Positions 27,356 to 37,336 of a stretch of 64,000 nt of DNA are shown piece after piece. Made by a program: the position numbers and the translations under genes. Source of the DNA: Chlamydiia bacterium (GTDB lineage Bacteria; Chlamydiota; Chlamydiia; Chlamydiales; GCA-2402025); the NCBI GenBank assembly GCA_022601395.1, contig JAJACS010000001.1:10299-74298 (forward strand). The letters run 5' to 3'. Under the pieces are notes generated by a model, which was given only the letters and a program-made list of their open reading frames with translations, was not told the origin of the DNA and did no database searches. Within the stretch, counting starts at the first letter, position 1, and each line of letters begins with the position of its first letter.

Positions 27356-27610
27356 TTAAAGAGCGGAGATACCTTCGAACTCAAATTCTGCACCCTTGAA
27401 TTCTTTAATACCAATCTTAGCGCAATGCTCTACGATATTTTCGACAGTTTCACCAGGGTGCATCTCAGCTGCTGAAATATCAACGGATATAGAAGCTGAA
27501 AATTCAACACCCTTACGAAGCCCCTTCACTTTGAAGTTTGCCATGATCGTTTCTTTTTTTCGTGTAAGATTTTTAAATTTTATAAGATTGTTTTCTTCTA
27601 GATTTTTCAT
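27356..27610 (-). CDS. small hypothetical protein (84 aa, or 62 aa from the internal ATG)
   Basis: ATG 27610 is preceded by AGGGGGA. No recognisable family. It lies directly upstream of tRNA-Pro on the same strand. Confidence 0.4.
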   Translation of the reverse strand: MKNLEENNLIKFKNLTRKKETIMANFKVKGLRKGVEFSASISVDISAAEMHPGETVENIVEHCAKIGIKEFKGAEFEFEGISAL

Positions 27611-27793
27611 TTGGTTCCCCCTGTAAAAAGTGTGAAATCCTAAAGTGGAATTATCTAAAAGTCAATGATATTGCTACGGCTTTCAAATAGCAAAAGCAAA
27701 GGCGTAATTTTGCCTGGGAGTATTTTCATTAAAATCCTTGAGAAGGCTTTAGGCTATCGAGTAAAGTTGTTTATCTAAGTAGGGAGTTTTATC

Positions 27794-28477
27794 ATGACTA
27801 TGACTTTAAGCAAAACCTGGCACGAGGCTTTATCTGAAGAATTGAAAAAGCCCTATATACAGGACATAAAAGATTTCTTAGCGAGTGAAAAAGCTGCAGG
27901 TCAAAAGGTGTTTCCTCCAGAAGAAGAAATATTTAACGCTTTTTTACAAACACCTTTTGAGAAAGTGAAAGTAGTGATCATAGGGCAAGACCCCTACCAT
28001 GGAGAAGGCCAAGCACACGGTCTTTGCTTTAGCGTTAAAAAAGGAATAAAGCCTCCTCCATCTTTAAAGAACATCTACAAAGAGATTCAAAGCGATTTAG
28101 GAATAACTCCCCCAACACATGGTTGCCTTGAGTCTTGGGCTAAACAGGGAGTTCTCATGTTGAATGCTACGCTAACTGTAAGATCTGGTCAGCCCAAGTC
28201 TCATTACGGTATCGGTTGGGAAAGGTTTACGGATGCGGTAGTAGAAGCTTTGTGCGAGAAAGAAGATCCTATTGTCTTTTTGCTTTGGGGAAGGTCTGCT
28301 ATAGATAAAGCTCGAAACATTCTAGACAGAACAACACACAACCATGTGATTTTAAGCTGTGCACATCCCTCCCCTTTTTCTGCCACAAAGTTTTTGGGGT
28401 GCAAGCACTTTTCAAAGTCTAATGAGTTTTTGACAGGTTGGAAGAAAGATCCCATAAACTGGAAGTTGGAAGAATAG
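27794..28477 (+). CDS. ung: uracil-DNA glycosylase (family 1)
   Basis: VIIGQDPYHGEGQAHGLCFSV, LMLNATLTV and CAHPSPFSA. Confidence 0.9.
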   Translation: MTMTLSKTWHEALSEELKKPYIQDIKDFLASEKAAGQKVFPPEEEIFNAFLQTPFEKVKVVIIGQDPYHGEGQAHGLCFSVKKGIKPPPSLKNIYKEIQSDLGITPPTHGCLESWAKQGVLMLNATLTVRSGQPKSHYGIGWERFTDAVVEALCEKEDPIVFLLWGRSAIDKARNILDRTTHNHVILSCAHPSPFSATKFLGCKHFSKSNEFLTGWKKDPINWKLEE

Positions 28478-28596
28478 TTTTTACTCAACGTATTGAGCAA
28501 AAACACTCGGAGCATTGAGTAAAAAAAATCAACACTTGGCAAACTACAAAAAAACTCTTATATAACTAAAAGAAGAAGTTTAGGGGTTTTTTTAAC

Positions 28597-29841
28597 GTGG
28601 ACATGCAAGAAAGAAATAAGCGGAGGTTCTCCGTATTTTCTGTTTTTTTTACATTTTTCATAGACAATCTTGGGTTTACAATCATATTTCCCATTCTTGC
28701 CCCTCTATTTTTAAGTCCTACTCAGTCTGTGCTAGCGGCTTCGATGTCATACAAACTAAAAGCTACTATTTTGGGATTGTTTTTGGGGGTTTATCCTTTT
28801 GCTCAGTTTCTCTGCGCTCCACTTATTGGAGAGTTTGCGGATAAGTATGGGCGTAAGTTTGCCTTTATCAGCACAGGATTTATTACCCTGCTTGGGTACG
28901 TACTTTGTGCTATAAGCATTATGTATAAGTGGGTATTTATTTTGTTTATTGCTCGCCTTATAATGGGAGCATCTTCGGGAAATCTTTCAGTATGTTTGTC
29001 ATCACTTGCAGACCTTAGTGATACTAAAAAAACGAAAGTACGTTACTATGGTCTTGGCTCAGTAATAGCAGGCGTTACGTTTGTGCTGGGGCCATTCCTT
29101 GGTGGAAAACTTTCTGATTCATCCTTAAATGAAATATTCTCCCCCGCTTTTCCTATGTGGGTTGGAGGAATGCTAACCTTCATAAATCTAATCTTTTTGT
29201 TTTTTGCTTTTACAGAAACAGTACACGAAAAGTCTGATGAGAAGTTTGATTTGATTAAGGGGTTTCATAATGTGCAGATAGCGCTTAAGACCCCATCGAT
29301 AAAAAAGCTATACATGATTTACTTCTTTTACCTTTTATCATGGAATATGCTTTTTCAGTTTATTCCTGCCTTTTTGGTAACAAGGTTTTCTTCTGGCAAC
29401 TCAACAATTGGAGATATATCTGCTCTTATGGGCGGTTGTTGGATCATAGGAAGCGTTCTTTTATATAAGGGACTACTTCCCTTTGTTAAAACAAAGACGA
29501 TGCTTTTTCTAACCTCCATCCTTCTTATAGGGTTTATCCTTGCATGTGCTTTTGTAGGAGATATGTTTTACTTTGTTATTTTGCTTGGAATTTGCGTCGT
29601 AGTAGCAAGCTTTGGTTGGCCTCTTTGTGCAGGAGCTATCTCAAATGCTGCAAGCAACAACATGCAAGGTAAAATTTTTGGTCTAAGCCAGTCTATACAA
29701 TCTCTTGCTATGATGTTTGCTCCGATTATTGTGGCTCCGTTTCTAGCAAAGGGTTCTGGAGTTCCTTTTTATATTGCTGCCGCAGTAAGTGCTGTTTTTG
29801 GTATTCTTGTTATCTTTACAAAAGTACCTGAGCACCATTAA
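28597..29841 (+). CDS. MFS transporter (drug/H+ antiporter-like)
   Basis: About 12 hydrophobic segments and the MFS motif-A-like GEFADKYGRK between TM2 and TM3. Confidence 0.7.
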   Translation: MDMQERNKRRFSVFSVFFTFFIDNLGFTIIFPILAPLFLSPTQSVLAASMSYKLKATILGLFLGVYPFAQFLCAPLIGEFADKYGRKFAFISTGFITLLGYVLCAISIMYKWVFILFIARLIMGASSGNLSVCLSSLADLSDTKKTKVRYYGLGSVIAGVTFVLGPFLGGKLSDSSLNEIFSPAFPMWVGGMLTFINLIFLFFAFTETVHEKSDEKFDLIKGFHNVQIALKTPSIKKLYMIYFFYLLSWNMLFQFIPAFLVTRFSSGNSTIGDISALMGGCWIIGSVLLYKGLLPFVKTKTMLFLTSILLIGFILACAFVGDMFYFVILLGICVVVASFGWPLCAGAISNAASNNMQGKIFGLSQSIQSLAMMFAPIIVAPFLAKGSGVPFYIAAAVSAVFGILVIFTKVPEHH

Positions 29842-30809
29842 TGATTTTACCTGAAAGTTTAGTAGCGGCTATTGAAGAAATGGCTTCGCACGTTGATTTT
29901 AAGAAACTGATTCAAGCTACAGAAGACCTTTCAAACCGCTATAGATCTCAAGGAAGTGAGCAAGAAACTTTTATTCAAAGCCCGCTAGAGCGCATTGCAT
30001 ATATTTGCATGAGAATGCCTGCAACATACTCTGCTGTTTATTTTGTTCTAAAGGAGCTTGTCGATGTTTTTTCTGTGTCAGACATACGTTCTGTACTCGA
30101 CCTTGGTTCAGGCACGGGAGCGGGATTTTGGGCCGCAGAAAGACTCTTCGATGACCTTAAGGAGTATACTTTTGTTGAGCAAGACAATGAGCTATGTAAA
30201 GCTGCTTTACATTTGATTGAAAATCATACTCACAAAGTAGGCATTAAAGAGTTAAATCAAGACTATACTTCAAGTATAAATACGCAAAAACATGACCTTG
30301 TTCTCTTCTCATATACCTTAAGTGAAAACTCAAGAAAACAGCAGGATAGAGCTCTTGATAATGCACTTGAGCTTTGCAAAAGATTCCTTGTTGTGATTGA
30401 GCCGGGAACTGTTCTTGGATACGAGCACCTCATGGAAACAAGAAACTATCTACTGAGTAAAGAAATGCACCTAGTCGCTCCCTGTCCTCACAGTAAAGCT
30501 TGTCCTATGAAAGAAGGTAAGTGGTGTCATTTCTATAAGCGCCTTCCAAGGATGGCTTTGCAAAAAAAGCTCAAAAAAGGCTCTCTTGGATATGAAGATG
30601 AAAAATTTTCTTACCTTGTGTTTTCAAATAAACCCTATGATAGACACTATAATAGGCTTGTAGAGTTCCCAAAGAAGTCCCCCCACCTTATAGAGCATAC
30701 ATTTTGCACTGAGGAAGGAAGTATTGAAAGAGTACAATTCCCTAAAAGAGATAAAACTGTTTTTAAAAAATCCAAGAAGTTAGACTGGGGTGATGTTTGG
30801 TTAAAATAA
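29841..30809 (+). CDS. SAM-dependent methyltransferase, Rsm22-like
   Basis: SAM motif I VLDLGSGTGAG, plus a downstream Cys cluster APCPHSKACPMKEGKWCHF typical of the Rsm22 family. Confidence 0.5.
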   Translation: MILPESLVAAIEEMASHVDFKKLIQATEDLSNRYRSQGSEQETFIQSPLERIAYICMRMPATYSAVYFVLKELVDVFSVSDIRSVLDLGSGTGAGFWAAERLFDDLKEYTFVEQDNELCKAALHLIENHTHKVGIKELNQDYTSSINTQKHDLVLFSYTLSENSRKQQDRALDNALELCKRFLVVIEPGTVLGYEHLMETRNYLLSKEMHLVAPCPHSKACPMKEGKWCHFYKRLPRMALQKKLKKGSLGYEDEKFSYLVFSNKPYDRHYNRLVEFPKKSPHLIEHTFCTEEGSIERVQFPKRDKTVFKKSKKLDWGDVWLK

Positions 30810-30921
30810 AAATTTATTTAACCATTAACACAGCTAGTAAACACAGTTGTACTATTGTTTTATTATAAAAAGGATTTTATTCAACACCTTTAAAAGCATT
30901 AAAGTCGATAGTGTGTTATAA

Positions 30922-31344
30922 TTGATCCCAATTAAGGGAAACTCCAGGGAACTTATGTATTACATACCTTATATGATTTTAAAAAATCAGTTAATGGATG
31001 AGAAAAAAGCTAAACTTATTATTGAAGGCGTTGAAGTTTTTTTTGAAGCAAATCCAGAGAAGAAATCTTGCACTGTTAAAGCTAAGATTTATTATCCCCT
31101 AGAGTCTTTAACAAGTTCCTTAAAGGAAAATCTCCACTCACTTGATTATGTAAAGCTACAAGGAAAAGGTGGCTATCTAAAAGCATATCCTGAAGATGGT
31201 TTTGTTATCTTATGCCAAGACATCAAAGTCATATCTAGCTTTACCTTGTTTAAGCTAGCTATGAAGCACTACATGTCAACATATGATCTTTGGAGAAGTG
31301 TTGTAGATGACATGATCAAAAGCGACGGCTTACTCCTTATTTAA
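30922..31344 (+). CDS. hypothetical small acidic protein, possibly a CesT-like type III secretion chaperone
   Basis: The track uses TTG 30922; ATG 30955 (AGGGAA upstream) is more likely. The size (~130 aa) and hydrophobic pattern (LIIEGVEVFFEA..., GGYLKAYPEDGFVILCQDI, F.LFKLAMKHY...WRSVV) resemble class I chaperones. This is weak, by eye only. Confidence 0.3.
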   Translation: MIPIKGNSRELMYYIPYMILKNQLMDEKKAKLIIEGVEVFFEANPEKKSCTVKAKIYYPLESLTSSLKENLHSLDYVKLQGKGGYLKAYPEDGFVILCQDIKVISSFTLFKLAMKHYMSTYDLWRSVVDDMIKSDGLLLI

Positions 31345-31424
31345 TCTTATTTAAATAGTTTATCATTGCTCAAAGAATCTGTTTTTTCTAATATCTCCCT
31401 TTAAGCACTGGGAGGAATTTTCTT

Positions 31425-32291
31425 ATGTTTAGCGGTACTATAGTAGCTCTTGTTACACCTTTTACTAATGATCTTGAAGTTGATTATTTTGCAATTAGAC
31501 AGCTTGTAGATTGGCATCTTTCTGAGGGTGTTGATGGTATAGTTGTTTGTGGTTCTACTGGTGAAGGAATTACCCTATCTAAAGAAGAGAAGTTTGAAAT
31601 CCTGAAAGTAGCAATAGAAACGAGCAAGGGTAGAATTCCAATCATTATGAATACGGGTTGTTCTAATACAAGAGAGTCTATTGTAAGTACAAAACGTGCT
31701 CTAGATTTAGGCGCTGATGGCTGTCTTGCAGTAGTTCCTTATTATAACAGACCTTCAGATGAAGGCTGTTTTCAGCACTTTTATGAGATATCTAGAGTAG
31801 GCCTACCCCTTATAGTATATCATCATCCAGGTAGAACAGGCATCAAACTGCATACATCTACTCTCAGAGAGCTTGTAGCCCTTCCAAACATTATAGGTAT
31901 TAAAGAGGCTTCAGGTGAAACACATGTTACACAAGATGTTCTTGCAAAGTGTAAGACAACCATCTTTTCTGGAGATGATTCCTTAACCTATTCACTTATG
32001 GATAAAGGTGCTCAAGGTGTGATTTCAGTTGTTGGTAATGTGATACCAAAGACTTGGAGTACACTTGTAAACTGCTACCTTAATAAAGAGTACGATGAAG
32101 CTTTCAGAATACAAAGTGAACATCAAAAACTGAATGAAGCTTTGAACATTGAAATCAATCCTCAAGGTATTAAATATGCCATGAGTCTTTTGAAACTATG
32201 TAATCCATATATGAGACTTCCACTTGTGATGCCAAGTGATGAAACAAAAAGTATCATAAGAAAGAGTCTTGAAGATTTATCTTTGATCTAG
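31425..32291 (+). CDS. dapA: 4-hydroxy-tetrahydrodipicolinate synthase
   Basis: GTIVALVTPF, VCGSTGEG, VVPYYNRP and the GIKEASG active-site Lys region. Confidence 0.9.
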   Translation: MFSGTIVALVTPFTNDLEVDYFAIRQLVDWHLSEGVDGIVVCGSTGEGITLSKEEKFEILKVAIETSKGRIPIIMNTGCSNTRESIVSTKRALDLGADGCLAVVPYYNRPSDEGCFQHFYEISRVGLPLIVYHHPGRTGIKLHTSTLRELVALPNIIGIKEASGETHVTQDVLAKCKTTIFSGDDSLTYSLMDKGAQGVISVVGNVIPKTWSTLVNCYLNKEYDEAFRIQSEHQKLNEALNIEINPQGIKYAMSLLKLCNPYMRLPLVMPSDETKSIIRKSLEDLSLI

Positions 32292-33706
32292 ATGCGCAGA
32301 TCTTGCATTTTTAAAGGTGTATTATTGCGACTATCTAACACTTCTTTGATAGAAGAGTTGAGAAAGTTTAAACACTGTGAATTTGCCGCCCCAAAACAAG
32401 TATTTAGAGAAATCAGTTGTTCAACATCGTTTTTTCCTAGTGAAATTTCAGGATCATTTTCTAAAAAGGAAATTAACTCAGATATATTTGGTTTAACTGC
32501 GTTTCTTGAAAAAGTTCTTAATTTTTCGTGCATAGTTTGACGATCACATCCTTTTGCCACACTTTGCATAAGAAGAGGTTCTTGGATAAGGTAAACAAGA
32601 TGCTCATTAAGAATTTCGTTAGTTTTTTCTGTATCTACCTTAAGGTTGCTTCCGATTTTGAAAAGAAGCTCTAGAATAGAGTCTGCTACAAGGAACATCT
32701 CAGGCATAAATATACGCCTGTTTGCAGAGTCATCAAGAGAACGCTCTAACCACTGCAACGCTAGGTTATAACTTGCGTTATGTGTTTTGCTAATCAGAAG
32801 CCTTGCTAGTGAGCATACTCTTTCATTAAGGATAGGATTTTTCTTATAAGGCATAGCTGAGGAGCCAACCTGAGACTTTTCAACAGATTCGTATAACTCT
32901 TTAGTGTGTGATAAAAGTCTAATATCTGTGGATATTTTGTGAGCACTTGCACCTAGCGAATCAAAACATTGCGCAATATGTTGGTCGAGTTTTCTTGGAT
33001 AAGTTTGTGATGCGATAGAAACTATGTCGGTAAATCCAAAGTCGCTTGCAACCATTTCTTCTAACTTTTGTACAAGAGATAGGTCTCCTGCAAAAAGGTT
33101 CAAAAAAGAGTCTTGAGTTCCTGTAGCACCTTTTACACCAAGGAAAGAAGTTTCCTGAATTTGTCTTTTAATTTGATTGGCATCAAGTAGTAAATCCTGC
33201 AGCCAAAGACACACTCTTTTTCCTATTGTAGTTGCTGTTGCAACTTGGAAGTGAGTATACGAAACACATGGTGTGTCATGATGCTCTCTTGCAAAGGCGC
33301 TAAATACTCTAATGACCTCAAGAAGTTTTGCATGGATGTGCTCCATGGCTTCTTTGTAAATAATAAGGTCTGCATTGTCCATTACATAAGAAGATGTTGC
33401 ACCAAGGTGTATGATACCTTTTGCAGAAGGGCACATGTCAGCGTAAGCGTGGATGTGCGCCATTACTTCGTGACGTAGTTTTTTTTCATACTCTTGTACT
33501 TTGGAAAAGACTATATTGCTTTCATTTTCCTTGAGCTCATTGATTTGCTTTTCAGTAATACAAAGGCCAAGTTTTTTTTGGGCTTCTGCAAGGGATACCC
33601 AAAGCTTTCTCCAAGTCGTGTATTTTTTTTCTTTTGAAAAAATAGCAAGCAGCTCTTTGCTCGCATACCTTGTAATAAGAGGTGATTCGTAAGAGAAATC
33701 TTCCAT
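32288..33706 (-). CDS. purB: adenylosuccinate lyase
   Basis: Fumarate-lyase signature GSSAMPYKKNP; the length and N-terminal SPLITRYAS fit PurB. Confidence 0.9.
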   Translation of the reverse strand: MEDFSYESPLITRYASKELLAIFSKEKKYTTWRKLWVSLAEAQKKLGLCITEKQINELKENESNIVFSKVQEYEKKLRHEVMAHIHAYADMCPSAKGIIHLGATSSYVMDNADLIIYKEAMEHIHAKLLEVIRVFSAFAREHHDTPCVSYTHFQVATATTIGKRVCLWLQDLLLDANQIKRQIQETSFLGVKGATGTQDSFLNLFAGDLSLVQKLEEMVASDFGFTDIVSIASQTYPRKLDQHIAQCFDSLGASAHKISTDIRLLSHTKELYESVEKSQVGSSAMPYKKNPILNERVCSLARLLISKTHNASYNLALQWLERSLDDSANRRIFMPEMFLVADSILELLFKIGSNLKVDTEKTNEILNEHLVYLIQEPLLMQSVAKGCDRQTMHEKLRTFSRNAVKPNISELISFLENDPEISLGKNDVEQLISLNTCFGAANSQCLNFLNSSIKEVLDSRNNTPLKMQDLRI

Positions 33707-33707
33707 G

Positions 33708-34454
33708 CTACTTAGCTTTTAAAATCTGGAGACGAAGTGCATCTAGAAGTCTATAAAGCTCTTCTTTCTGCTCTTCTGTTGGAGTAAAGGTCTTTCTTTC
33801 TAGTAAGTCTGTTAGAGCATGCAACCTTTGTATGGCGCCAGAAGCAACGTTTTCTTTACGTTTGTCTTTAGCACTTAGTGGAAACTTTTCTCTGATTAGA
33901 GTCAGGAGTTCATTCTTTGTTTGCCCTCTGTAACCGAGGATAAATCTTTCCTTGGCTTTCAGAGTTCCGTTTCGCGAAGCTAGTGTGTAGATAGCCTGAC
34001 GAGGCATATTCTCGATTCTTTCTTGAAGTGGCTTTGCAAACCCTGAGTGGAACTCAAAGTACTGTAGAAAGTTATAAGGTGTTTGTCGATTTCCATATGT
34101 TGCAACAAGCCATGCGGAAAAAGCGCCGTCTTTATAAAAGGAAAAGATCTCTTGTGCCTTCTTTATACGTTCGCCGTGCAAAATGATTGCTTGGTTACTT
34201 ATAGCTCTTACTTCTGATGTAATTAATGACAGCTTCTCGAGATCATTTTTAATCTCTTGTTTCTCTGCGCTATAATGAACAAGGATTTGCTCAATGGAAA
34301 CAATCTCATCGTCAGTGAGCTTAGACACCTTAAACACTCCAGAAAAAGAAGAAAGATCACCTTTGGATCTCTGTTCTGCAAGCTGATGCATTTTTGTAAT
34401 TTTGTCTGAGCCCTTTTCAAAGCGTTTTGAGAGCATGGATTTAACATCAGCCAT
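33708..34454 (-). CDS. pGP6-D-related protein (partner of the ParA-like ATPase)
   Basis: ISNQAIILHGERIKKAQEIF....FSAWL....YGNRQTPYNFLQYFEF...MPRQAIYTLASRNG.LKAK aligns, from memory, with chlamydial plasmid protein pGP6-D and its chromosomal paralog (CT583 in C. trachomatis). Position after parA and thrS matches that synteny. Confidence 0.6.
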   Translation of the reverse strand: MADVKSMLSKRFEKGSDKITKMHQLAEQRSKGDLSSFSGVFKVSKLTDDEIVSIEQILVHYSAEKQEIKNDLEKLSLITSEVRAISNQAIILHGERIKKAQEIFSFYKDGAFSAWLVATYGNRQTPYNFLQYFEFHSGFAKPLQERIENMPRQAIYTLASRNGTLKAKERFILGYRGQTKNELLTLIREKFPLSAKDKRKENVASGAIQRLHALTDLLERKTFTPTEEQKEELYRLLDALRLQILKAK

Positions 34455-34478
34455 AATCGATCCTTATGTAAAGCTGCT

Positions 34479-35231
34479 TTACATTTTTTTGAGAAGTTCT
34501 TTTGTTACATGTACATAGTCCTCAGAGGCTCTTGAGGTGGGAGCTGTTTCTATGACTGGCTTGCCAAGGATAGAAGCTTCAGATACGGACACATCTTTTC
34601 TAATTTTATAACTAAGGACTTTTCCTGGGAATGTGTCATTGATTACACTTAGGAAAGAGTTGTTGTTCTTTCCTCGGTTATTCCAAAACGAAAGTACTAC
34701 ACCAAGTACATTTAATGGATGACGCTTAGAAATGTTACTCATAAATAAAGAGAGTCTCTGCATTCCTTTTACACTGTAAAATTCAGGTGTTGCTGCAACC
34801 AGGCAGTGATCAGACGCTATGAAAGCAGACTCTGTAAGCCAGCAAAGAGATGGGGGAGTGTCAATAAGTACATAGTCGTATTTAAGTGGCTTTAGAACTT
34901 TCTTAAGCCTTTCATGAGAGTAGCGGTCAGAAGCAAGGTCTCCAGAAACTTCTACTCTTTCAAGCCATGTGTCAGCAGGAATAAGATCTAGATTTTTAAT
35001 CTTAGTTTTAAGGGTGACATCTTCGATCTTTTTTTTCTCAAGAAGAACTTCTGCAAGACTGTCATGTTCATCAGGATCAAAGCCAAGTCCAGCTGTTAGG
35101 TTTGCTTGGGCGTCAAAGTCAATAAGAAGTACTTTCTTTTTGTACTTTTTTGCAAGGACTGCACCTATGTTTAAAGAAACAGAGGTTTTTGCAGTACCTC
35201 CTTTAAAACTACTTACAGTGATTATCCTCAT
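34479..35231 (-). CDS. parA: ParA/MinD-family partition ATPase (pGP5-D/CT582-like)
   Basis: Deviant Walker A SSFKGGTAKTS, LLIDFDAQANLT and VLIDTPPSL. Confidence 0.85.
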   Translation of the reverse strand: MRIITVSSFKGGTAKTSVSLNIGAVLAKKYKKKVLLIDFDAQANLTAGLGFDPDEHDSLAEVLLEKKKIEDVTLKTKIKNLDLIPADTWLERVEVSGDLASDRYSHERLKKVLKPLKYDYVLIDTPPSLCWLTESAFIASDHCLVAATPEFYSVKGMQRLSLFMSNISKRHPLNVLGVVLSFWNNRGKNNNSFLSVINDTFPGKVLSYKIRKDVSVSEASILGKPVIETAPTSRASEDYVHVTKELLKKM

Positions 35232-35244
35232 GGAGCTTCCCTAT

Positions 35245-37167
35245 TTAGCTTTTGTGATAAGGCGAAGTTAATGCTCTTTCTTTGAACTCTTTTTTGATTT
35301 CTTCTGCAAAAGAATCTACTTTAAGCTCACCGTGAACAACATTATCTCGAGTTCTTAAGTTTATTGTCGCATTTTCTACTTCTTTATCACCTACTGTCAA
35401 CATGTAATTGTACTGCAGTAGCTGGGCAGATCTCACTTTTTTGCTAACAGATTCATTACTTGCATCAACATCACAAGGAATTCCTTTTTGCTTTAAAGCA
35501 CTGCAAACACGATTTGCATATTCGAAGTGTTTTTCAGAAACGGGAATGACACGTACTTGTCTTGGGCTAAGCCAAAGTGGAAATCTTCCAGCAAAGTGTT
35601 CTATGATAATACCAAAGAATCTCTCTATAGAGCCAAAGATAGCTCTATGGATCATGATAGGGCGTTTTTCAATACCATCACTATCCATGTAAACAAGATC
35701 AAACCTTTCTGGTAGCGACATGTCTAGTTGGATTGTTCCACATTGCCAAGATCTTCCGATAGAGTCTTGTATATGAAGATCAATCTTTGGACCGTAGAAT
35801 GCGCCATCACCTTCATTTATTTGGTAAGGGTGTCCCCATTCATCAAGAGCATCCTTTAAACCTTTTGTTGTCATTTCCCATTCTTCATCAGAACCGATTG
35901 ATTTAGCTTTATCAGGCCTTGTAGAAAGCTCAAGTGTATACTTTAACCCAAACTGTTCGTAAGTTCTTTTAACAAGTTTTAGGACCTCTATAATCTCATT
36001 CTTAATATCTGATGGTTTCATGAAAACGTGTGCATCGTCTTGATGAAAACTTCTTACTCTAAACATACCGTTCACAGAACCTGAAGCTTCATGCCTGTGC
36101 ACATGTCCGAATTCAGCAACTCTTCTAGGGAGTTCTCTATAACTATGTGTCTGAGATTTAAAATAAATCATGCAGCCAGGGCAATTCATAGGCTTTAGTG
36201 CATAAGTCTTTTCATCAATATCAGAAGTATACATGTTCTCTTTGTAGTGGTCCCAGTGACCAGACTTTGCCCAAAGATCCTGGCTCATAAGTTGAGGTGT
36301 CTTAATTTCAAGGTAGTTAGCTTCTCTGTGCAGCTCTTTCCAGAAATCAAGTAGGTAATTCCAAATGATCATTCCACTTGGATGGATGAATGGCATTCCT
36401 GGTGCTGTTTCACTAAAGGAAAATAAATCGAGTTTGTTTCCAATCACTCGATGGTCTCTTTTTTTAGCTTCTTCTAGAAAGTGCAGGTAGTCTTTTAGTT
36501 GCTTCTTGTCGGGGAAAGAAATTCCGTAAATCCGAGTAAGCATCTCGTTTTGAGAATCGCCTCTCCAGTAGGCTCCAGAGGTTTTTAGCAGCTTGAAAGC
36601 TTTGATCTTTCCAAGTGATGGTAAGTGAGGCCCTCTGCATAGGTCAAAGAATTCTCCTTGCTTATAAGCAGAGAAGGTTCCTGCGTCATCAAAACTTTGG
36701 ATCAGCTCGCATTTATACGGGTTGGTTTTAAATGTTTCTAAGGTTTGCTTCTTGTCATCAAACTCAGTTCTTTCAGGTTTGTGATTTTCCTTAATAATTT
36801 TTTGAGCTTCTTTTTCAATTTTAGGAAAATCTTCTATAGAGATGTTTAGATTTGCAAAGTCGTAGTAAAAACCGTTTTCAATAGGCGGGCCAATCGTAGG
36901 GACTGCATTTGGGTATAGTCTTAGAACTGCTTGCGCAAGAACGTGAGCTGAGCTATGCCAAAAGATTTCTTTTCCATCAGGCTCGTCAAAGTGTACAAGT
37001 GTTGCGCTGCTGCCTTCAGGGATAGGGGACGTGAGGTCTTTCATCTCACCATCGACTTTTACAGCAAGAGACTGGTGTGGGTCCCTTAAGTTTAACTTTT
37101 CGGCAAGATCCTTTCCTGTAGCTTTCTCAGGAAGTTCTAATTTTTCATCACCGTGTGCAATCATCAT
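35245..37167 (-). CDS. thrS: threonine--tRNA ligase
   Basis: TGS-like N-terminus, HSSAHVLAQAV editing motif, class II motifs (FRVRSFHQDDAHVF, GAFYGPKID) and an anticodon-binding C-terminus. Confidence 0.95.
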   Translation of the reverse strand: MMIAHGDEKLELPEKATGKDLAEKLNLRDPHQSLAVKVDGEMKDLTSPIPEGSSATLVHFDEPDGKEIFWHSSAHVLAQAVLRLYPNAVPTIGPPIENGFYYDFANLNISIEDFPKIEKEAQKIIKENHKPERTEFDDKKQTLETFKTNPYKCELIQSFDDAGTFSAYKQGEFFDLCRGPHLPSLGKIKAFKLLKTSGAYWRGDSQNEMLTRIYGISFPDKKQLKDYLHFLEEAKKRDHRVIGNKLDLFSFSETAPGMPFIHPSGMIIWNYLLDFWKELHREANYLEIKTPQLMSQDLWAKSGHWDHYKENMYTSDIDEKTYALKPMNCPGCMIYFKSQTHSYRELPRRVAEFGHVHRHEASGSVNGMFRVRSFHQDDAHVFMKPSDIKNEIIEVLKLVKRTYEQFGLKYTLELSTRPDKAKSIGSDEEWEMTTKGLKDALDEWGHPYQINEGDGAFYGPKIDLHIQDSIGRSWQCGTIQLDMSLPERFDLVYMDSDGIEKRPIMIHRAIFGSIERFFGIIIEHFAGRFPLWLSPRQVRVIPVSEKHFEYANRVCSALKQKGIPCDVDASNESVSKKVRSAQLLQYNYMLTVGDKEVENATINLRTRDNVVHGELKVDSFAEEIKKEFKERALTSPYHKS

Positions 37168-37336
37168 TGATAAACCTTTTTGGCATTTCTACTTACCTAA
37201 AGATTATAGGTTTTCTATCTATAAGACGAAAGGGGATTTTTAATAGGATAGACTACTTTTAAATATTTCCTTTTTCTTTTCATTTTTACTTTTGATAGAG
37301 TTGTTTTTACCTGCATGAATAGGAGTAAAACCTCTC

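Noticed and set aside
33708-35231. ParA plus pGP6-like genes as evidence of an integrated plasmid
   Set aside because: The same two genes sit next to thrS on the C. trachomatis chromosome. No replication, integrase or other plasmid genes flank them here.
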